Source: Octopus bimaculoides (taxonomy: Eukaryota). From it: a stretch of 54,461 nt of DNA. Shown here in pieces: positions 48,490 to 54,461 of this stretch. The stretch is taken from the NCBI RefSeq assembly GCF_001194135.2, contig NC_068985.1, positions 10,235,541 through 10,290,001 of the forward strand. Reading direction: 5' to 3'. The notes under the pieces were generated by a model that saw nothing but the letters and a program-made list of their open reading frames with translations, searched no databases and was not told the origin of the DNA. How positions within the stretch are numbered: the stretch's first letter is position 1; every line of letters begins with the position of its first letter. Both the position numbers and the translations under genes were made by a program.

Positions 48490-50484
48490 TTTATTAATGG
48501 GATTTATTCAGGCCCTCTTCGTCTAGTGTTCAAACCACAACGAGATCAACCTTGCTTGTATTCCTTTCAACGTCAACATTGCCTGATTGACTTCACTCTA
48601 GGTACAAGGCACTCTGCTTCGCTTGATCCAAGATTGCAGCTTTCTCAAACTCAACCTGAAAAGAGAGTCTAACAAACAGCTGCCACACCTCCCTATCAAA
48701 GAGACACTGGAGTTGTTGCAGTCTCAGCGCATGTCTGCATATCATTATACTTGATACGCCCTATCCCTAACGCAGCGGATGTTAATAACAAATACAATGT
48801 TTGATTAACGGATCCCTTTCCATTCACATAAAGTGGAAAAGCAAGTGCTCCATTCTGGCCAGCCATGAAGTAGAGCAAGGCAAGACAACCACACCGTAGT
48901 TGATTGGGAAAAAAATCTACATTCTCCACCTTCACTCCACCCTTCAAGGTTACTTTCTCTCAGTCCATTTCTGGGTGAACTTTGCCAATATGCTCATCAT
49001 ATTGCTCCAAATACTATCTAAACGGGGTTTGGAGCAAACTAGACCCCAAGCAAATTTACCTGTCCATCTATCCAGCGCCTCACGATGCTGCTAGTCGGTT
49101 AGATCTGCCTCTCCAGGTGCCATGCTGCAGGTCTACCGCATTTTCTGTTTACATCATGTTCCATGCTCCTATCAACGATTCGTAATCTCTGAGAGAAGTG
49201 CCGACCACTTGATGTGTTTGGTGCCCGACACTATAACGGTGACGTTACCAGCATATGCTAACATTGCTTTCACATAACCTAGTTCTCGCGTTTTGCTCCT
49301 CGAAATTTCTAAAGATCGCAAGAGTAGCTCGTGCGCAAACATATAAAGAAGGAACGAGAGGAATCCGCCTTGACGGAACGAATGTGTGATATTAAACGAT
49401 TAAGGCGGCGAACTAGCAAAAACGTTAGCCCGCTGGGCGAAATGCTTAACTGTATTTCGTCTGTCTTTACGTTCTGACTAGAAATTCCGCCGAGGTCGAC
49501 TTTGCCTTTCATCCTCTCGGGGTCGCTTAAATAAGTACCATTTATGCACTGAGGTCGATGTAATCGACTTAATCCCTGCGTCCGTCCTTGTTTGTCCCCT
49601 CTATGTTTAGCCCCTTCTGGACAATAAAGAAATAAGGAACATTAGCACGCCAGGCGAAATGCTTAGCGGTATTTCGTCTGTCTTTACGTTCTGAGTTCAA
49701 ATTCCGCCGAGGTCGATTTTGTCTTTCATCCTTTCGTGGTCAATTAAATAAGTACCAGTTATGCACTGTCCTTCTTTGTTCCCTCTATGTTTAGCCCCTT
49801 TGTGGGCAATAAAGAGATTGATATTGAATGGTTCCGATAGGTAGATATCTACTCTGACAACTGTGCAGATATCACTTTACTTCTCAGTTATTCAATCTCT
49901 GTAATGGGAATCAAAAGTGCTACCTTCAAGTCAGCCGCCAAGTATTGTTGATCAATTCTATCGAAAGCATTTGTCTGATATAAATCGACCAGGGCTTGCC
50001 AGGTATTTTACCTACCATTTCTATGATGTATCCCATGAAGTAGAAATACCCCATGAAGTAGTTATCGTGAAAATCTGTTTGGAATAGCGTATGTCTGTGC
50101 TGTATCTGCAAGAGCATGACAGGTTCCGGGCCGGAAATCAGTAAAAATTCTACCTTATGTTCGGGTTATTTCTCAGCAGCACCGCGACCATTTTGCAGGA
50201 ATGAGAATGTTCCCATTTTTCTGCCATATGCCGTAGATATCTGCCATATAAAGCTATAGATATCTGCCATATAAAGCTATAGCTCGTACCTCCAAGGACC
50301 CTTCCCTCGTGCAAGCTGCTCTCGCTTCCGTATCTCATCAGCTGTGATCGGTATTTCGCAGAACTCCGTATCTCTAGCTGAGAGTTGCATCTACTTGCCG
50401 AGGTAGGTGTAAAGTCTACCGCCATCTCTGACATGTCACCTACCAACCCCGAACATTGAGCGAAGTTCCACAGAAAACCTGCAC
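48490..50484 (-). mobile_element. L1/Tx1-clade LINE ORF2 (RT region) pseudogene, interrupted by a SINE dimer
   Basis: Minus frames give LSARDTEFCEIPITADEIR...GKGP, DIYGIWQKNG, YIIEMVGKIPGK, DQTNAFDRIDQQYLAADLK, SDICTVVRV..YLSEPFNI|THSFRQGGFLSFLLYMFAHE..LRSL, AYAGNVTVIVS and WTGK..LGV. These are collinear L1/Tx1 RT motifs with many stops and frameshifts. Confidence 0.88.
49394..49818 (+). mobile_element. Head-to-tail dimer of SINE family D inserted in the L1/Tx1 element
   Basis: Two copies of gttagc.cgc.gggcgaaatgctta...gttcaaattccgccgaggtcga...aataaaga. A 7-bp TSD tgatatt occurs at 49387-49393 and 49819-49825, and removal rejoins the LINE frame (EPFNI-THSFRQG). Confidence 0.9.
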
Positions 50485-50904
50485 NNNNNNNNNNGATTCG
50501 TCAAAGACCGAATTGCAGCATGTTTTTTTTTACATTCTACTTCTGTTTATCATGCCTTAGGGAAGAGCCAATCACGCCGCGAGCATATTAGTTGCCATGC
50601 CTTTTCTAAGCCTCACTTCTTTTACTCTAGATCTTTCCATCATCGTTTCCTTCATAAACTTTATCAACTCTAATCTGATAGTCTTTTTAAATATTAATTA
50701 CCATCAGTTGTTTATGATTACCTCGTTAACTCCCTTTTAACTAATTCTGTAACCCGGTATCTGTAAACTTGTCGCCCCGGAAAGGGTGCATTTAATTCTA
50801 CCAATCAAGCTCATATCCATGTAACCTATGTTGTCCGTGCAAATCACAGCTCACAGAGGTTTTGTCTGTTGATCCGACCAAGTAGAATTGAATAACCCCT
50901 AATG

Positions 50905-51005
50905 TTCTTTGTAAAATAAGTACTAATCAAGTGTTGGGGTCGATGTAATCGGTGAGGGGTCTCCCTCACTCCGAACTTTAGGCGTTAGCAGAATAGATGT
51001 TAATA
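50905..51005 (+). mobile_element. Degenerate SINE family D 3' part
   Basis: aaaataagtactaatcaagtgttggggtcgatgtaatcgg. Confidence 0.55.
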
Positions 51006-51946
51006 AAAAACAAAATTTAGAGCTGACACTGAATCAGGAATCAGGGTACGAAAACATCCGTCGTATTTGGTTCGTCGTCAAGAATCGCACTTGGCTATGG
51101 AGTTCCTACTTCCTTTGCACCTCAGATGTTGGATTCTCCCTTAGCATAAAGAACCTCACGAGACTTAGTGAACAAATTTTGTTTAATGTATATAGATATT
51201 AATAGTTTAACTAAAATAATTCTTTGAATTAACATGCGTAAACATCAATACTTTATATACTAATCATGCATTACTTTCCTTTTACACTGATTTTTAAAGC
51301 AATTTGTCTGATGCTTTTTAGAAAGCAGGTGGAACCAACGCACTTAGACGCTCGTTCGGTGGATATTCTGATCTTTATTGCTTCATCAACTGAAAATGTA
51401 GTCCAATATGTGTTGTGTCGTTTTTCTTTCACACATTTAAACACTAATAGAGAAACGATTGAAATCAATATAGTCACCGAGTAAATAAAAATAACGAGCG
51501 GTTGATTTATAGCAAATATTTGATCTTACGAAATTATAATGTATAGTAAGGAGAAATATATAATCTCAGATTGCGCGATGTGCAGTAGATATCAATTACT
51601 CTATTCAAATAATAATATACATGTCAAGAGTAGGACTAACAATATTGAGCAAGAATCTATCATAATGAATATATCATAATGTGGTATATTGCTTATTTAT
51701 GAAATCTGTTTCTCATTATAATAATAGTATTTCACTAAATTACAAGCTACTGCACATGAAGTATTAAGCAATCACGCTTGGAATATTAATAATATAGAGT
51801 CAGTTCTCTTTGAAAAAGAGAAGAAGTATCACTGCTCAGTTATTATCTCATATTGTGATTTTCTGTTCAATTTCAATAATCTAATCGCAAATTTGATACA
51901 CTTGAATTGTGCTATCAGATACATATATGCATTCACATAGACATAG

Positions 51947-52001
<55 letters not shown>

Positions 52002-52879
52002 GTGTTGTGTGTGTGTTTTGTGTTGTGTGTGTCTGTGTGTACATAGACATGTATGTTGCTGCGTATTTGAAAATGATAATCGAAGTTATCAGCTCTAAAA
52101 TGCTATGGATTAAATGAACTACGAAGACTAAATAATGAAAAGCATACAGTGTTCTACTTACAAGTTGTCAGTGTTTTGTATTAATATTTTATATACTTTT
52201 ATTGTAGATAGATTCCTCTTAAAACCAATACAGAAAGTTACACACAAACACATAAACACACACACATGCACACACAAACACATATACACACACATATATA
52301 CAAGCATGCATGCATTTATATACTCATAGTGGCCATAGTGGCTGTCAGCAAGTAGACGGGTATGACAATCACTGACAAATCTTATCTCAGTTTGTTATCA
52401 ACAATGGCTGTAAGCAATTCTCGCGCTGAAATTTAAAGTCAATAACAGTTTGTACAACATCATCTTTAAAACTCTCACCTACAAAGCTAAGCATTCCAAA
52501 ACCAAGTACGATCAAGATCTCGAGTATCGTATTGAATTTTCTTCTGGAGAGATGTCTAAACAAAGACGGGGGATTCTCTCACGCCTAGATGTTGCAGGGT
52601 CGTTGTCTCTACTGAGTTTATCCGCTCTTTGATGGGTATTGTTTTTCATCCTGCACGTTATCCAACGAAAGTCGCACTTCTTACAAAGTGGGCTTGGTGG
52701 GGTTGTCGGTTTAAGTAGTCTACAGCTCGACTATGACACAGGTTGTGGTGGGTTACAAGGTATTTTTGTTTTTATATGTATGTATATGTACAGATTTATA
52801 TGTCTTGCTTTATGTATGTATTCTCATGCATATTATGTCTGCATGTGTGTGCGTGTGCGTGTGTGTGCGAGTGTGTATG

Positions 52880-53105
52880 TGTTTACCCTACAACCACAAT
52901 TTGACTACTGATGTTGGTTTGTTACGTTGGTTTGTTTACTTAGCAGCTCGACAAAAAAGGAATAATAGAATGAGTACCACACTGGAATAAAAAAAAAAGT
53001 ACTGGGGTGATTTGTTCGACTAAACCTTTCAAGTCGATGCCCCAGCATGGTCGCAGTCCAGTGTCCGACAGAAGAAAAAGATAAAGCTAAAAGAGAAAAG
53101 AAAGC
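52880..53105 (+). mobile_element. SINE family B 3' module
   Basis: ttgactactgatgttggtttgttacg...actggggtgatttgttcgactaaacc...cccagcatggtcgcagtc. Confidence 0.8.
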
Positions 53106-53859
53106 CATCAATTCATGTATACGCAGTAAATAGTTTTTTAATTAACGCAAATTACATAATTCATTTACTCTCATTTATATACATTTATAATTCGAACGTA
53201 CATATATATATTGCGGTGTCTTGGGGGAGTCATTACGCTAGTAAGACACAAGACACAACAGATTTTGTTGCGACACACGTATTCACATAAAAAAATCTTA
53301 CAAAGCAAATACAAAACAAAATACACTTACACGTATATAATACATTTTTTACTGTATTTTTTTTTTTACTTTTTCTAAATATGTCGCCATTTGTATTCTG
53401 TATTTTTATGTTAGAGTAGGTGTATATACCACGTCTTATATAAATCCTATGTACAACAGACTAAAAGCAAATTAATTGTATTCGATTGTATGAAGGAAAT
53501 TATTATTCAGTTTTCATTTTAGTGATCATATATTTTATGATTAATGGAAATCTCACATTACATAATTTAATATACATGGGAACAAACGTCTCCGATATAT
53601 ATATTATCGTATATCTCGTACAGTAATTTGTACAAGCTGTTATGAATTTTGAATTATTTCACACAATGATTTATTGAACTAGTCAGTAATGTACGACATC
53701 TAGATGTTACGTCATTCACTAGTTCCCCTCGTGTTATGATTACCGTAATAATCAGTCTTTCACGACGCAGAAGTATGTATTTATGATTTTGGTTCATAAA
53801 GAAGCATACCCAATATATTTTGCAGGGGTTAATCGACCTGTATTCAGAGCAAGAAGTTA

Positions 53860-54345
53860 AATTTCTAAATCCGTTAGCAGTGCTGTTTTGCCTTTTATTC
53901 TCACCACGTTATTTTTTTCATTTAAACTTGAAGATTCTTGTATTTATGTAGTTTCTCAATTTTCATTTGCGCGCCATGTTTTCGTCAGAGGAGACAGCAA
54001 TATCTATGAATGCGGTAATATTTTTGTCTTCCAGTCCTTTCTTACTGGATGTATTCTGAACGGCGTTACTTGATCTTCTTGTTAGTACGGAAAAGTTCGT
54101 ATTTTTAGTATTTCTTGTCAGTTTTCATTGAGAAGTGTTAGCTTCTGGTCTAATGGACATAGCTACTAGCTTAATTGTGTCTCCATACATATCTGAACTC
54201 TAACGTGGGAGGTAATGTTTAAGCCTGGCTTATTGTACATGTTGCTTCTTCTAAACTAATTTGAGCACCTCATTTGCTATTTTTATTGTGTTTTGATAAT
54301 TTTAATGTTATATTGTTTTTGGTTGGACATTGATCTTCTGCAGTT
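53860..54345 (-). mobile_element. Dong/R4-type element C-terminal remnant (zinc knuckle / REL endonuclease region) abutting (TAA)n
   Basis: Minus frames give YVWRHN*ASSYVH, FRTNKKIK*RR, FIDIAVSSDEN and KIEKLHKYKNLQV*MKKITW, matching the RHN..YIHW / RPD / IDVA.P.D / EK..KYKDL pattern. Confidence 0.7.
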
Positions 54346-54346
54346 T

Positions 54347-54352
54347 GTATTA

Positions 54353-54433
<81 letters not shown>
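54347..54433. repeat. (TTA)n microsatellite
   Basis: Direct reading. Confidence 0.97.
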
Positions 54434-54437
<4 letters not shown>

Positions 54438-54461
54438 TAGTTTTATTTTTATAACGTGCTT

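Noticed and set aside
52400-52640. Stop-poor GC-elevated stretch (LYNIIFKTLTYKAKH...; antisense RADKLSR)
   Set aside because: Only a single faint motif, and no splice borders or family could be supported.

Overview
AT-rich animal genomic DNA from a gapped short-read assembly, with many N runs sitting in microsatellites. The SINE families, (TA)n/(CA)n/(ATGT)n density and LINE types look like a coleoid cephalopod, most likely Octopus (inference, no database check). No complete host gene is recognisable; there is one plausible coding exon on the minus strand (23393-23585). The window is mostly decayed mobile DNA: a mariner with intact TIRs, two Penelope-like (PLE) fragments (RT and GIY-YIG), CR1-type, RTE-type, L1/Tx1-type and Dong/R4-type LINE fragments, three abundant tRNA-derived SINE families (labelled A, B, D here) plus two further repeat families (C, E), and several inverted-repeat elements. 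Most ORFs in the supplied track are microsatellite or N-gap artefacts. The most interesting signals are: (1) four hammerhead-ribozyme-like motifs with unrelated stems, two with a complete catalytic core and one inside a 540-bp element with terminal inverted repeats; (2) SINEs that shuffle head and tail modules and re-use one target site; (3) an in-frame CR1/RTE chimera built on a 101-bp local duplication; (4) a ~205-bp fold-back palindrome. All motif calls were made by eye and need computational confirmation.
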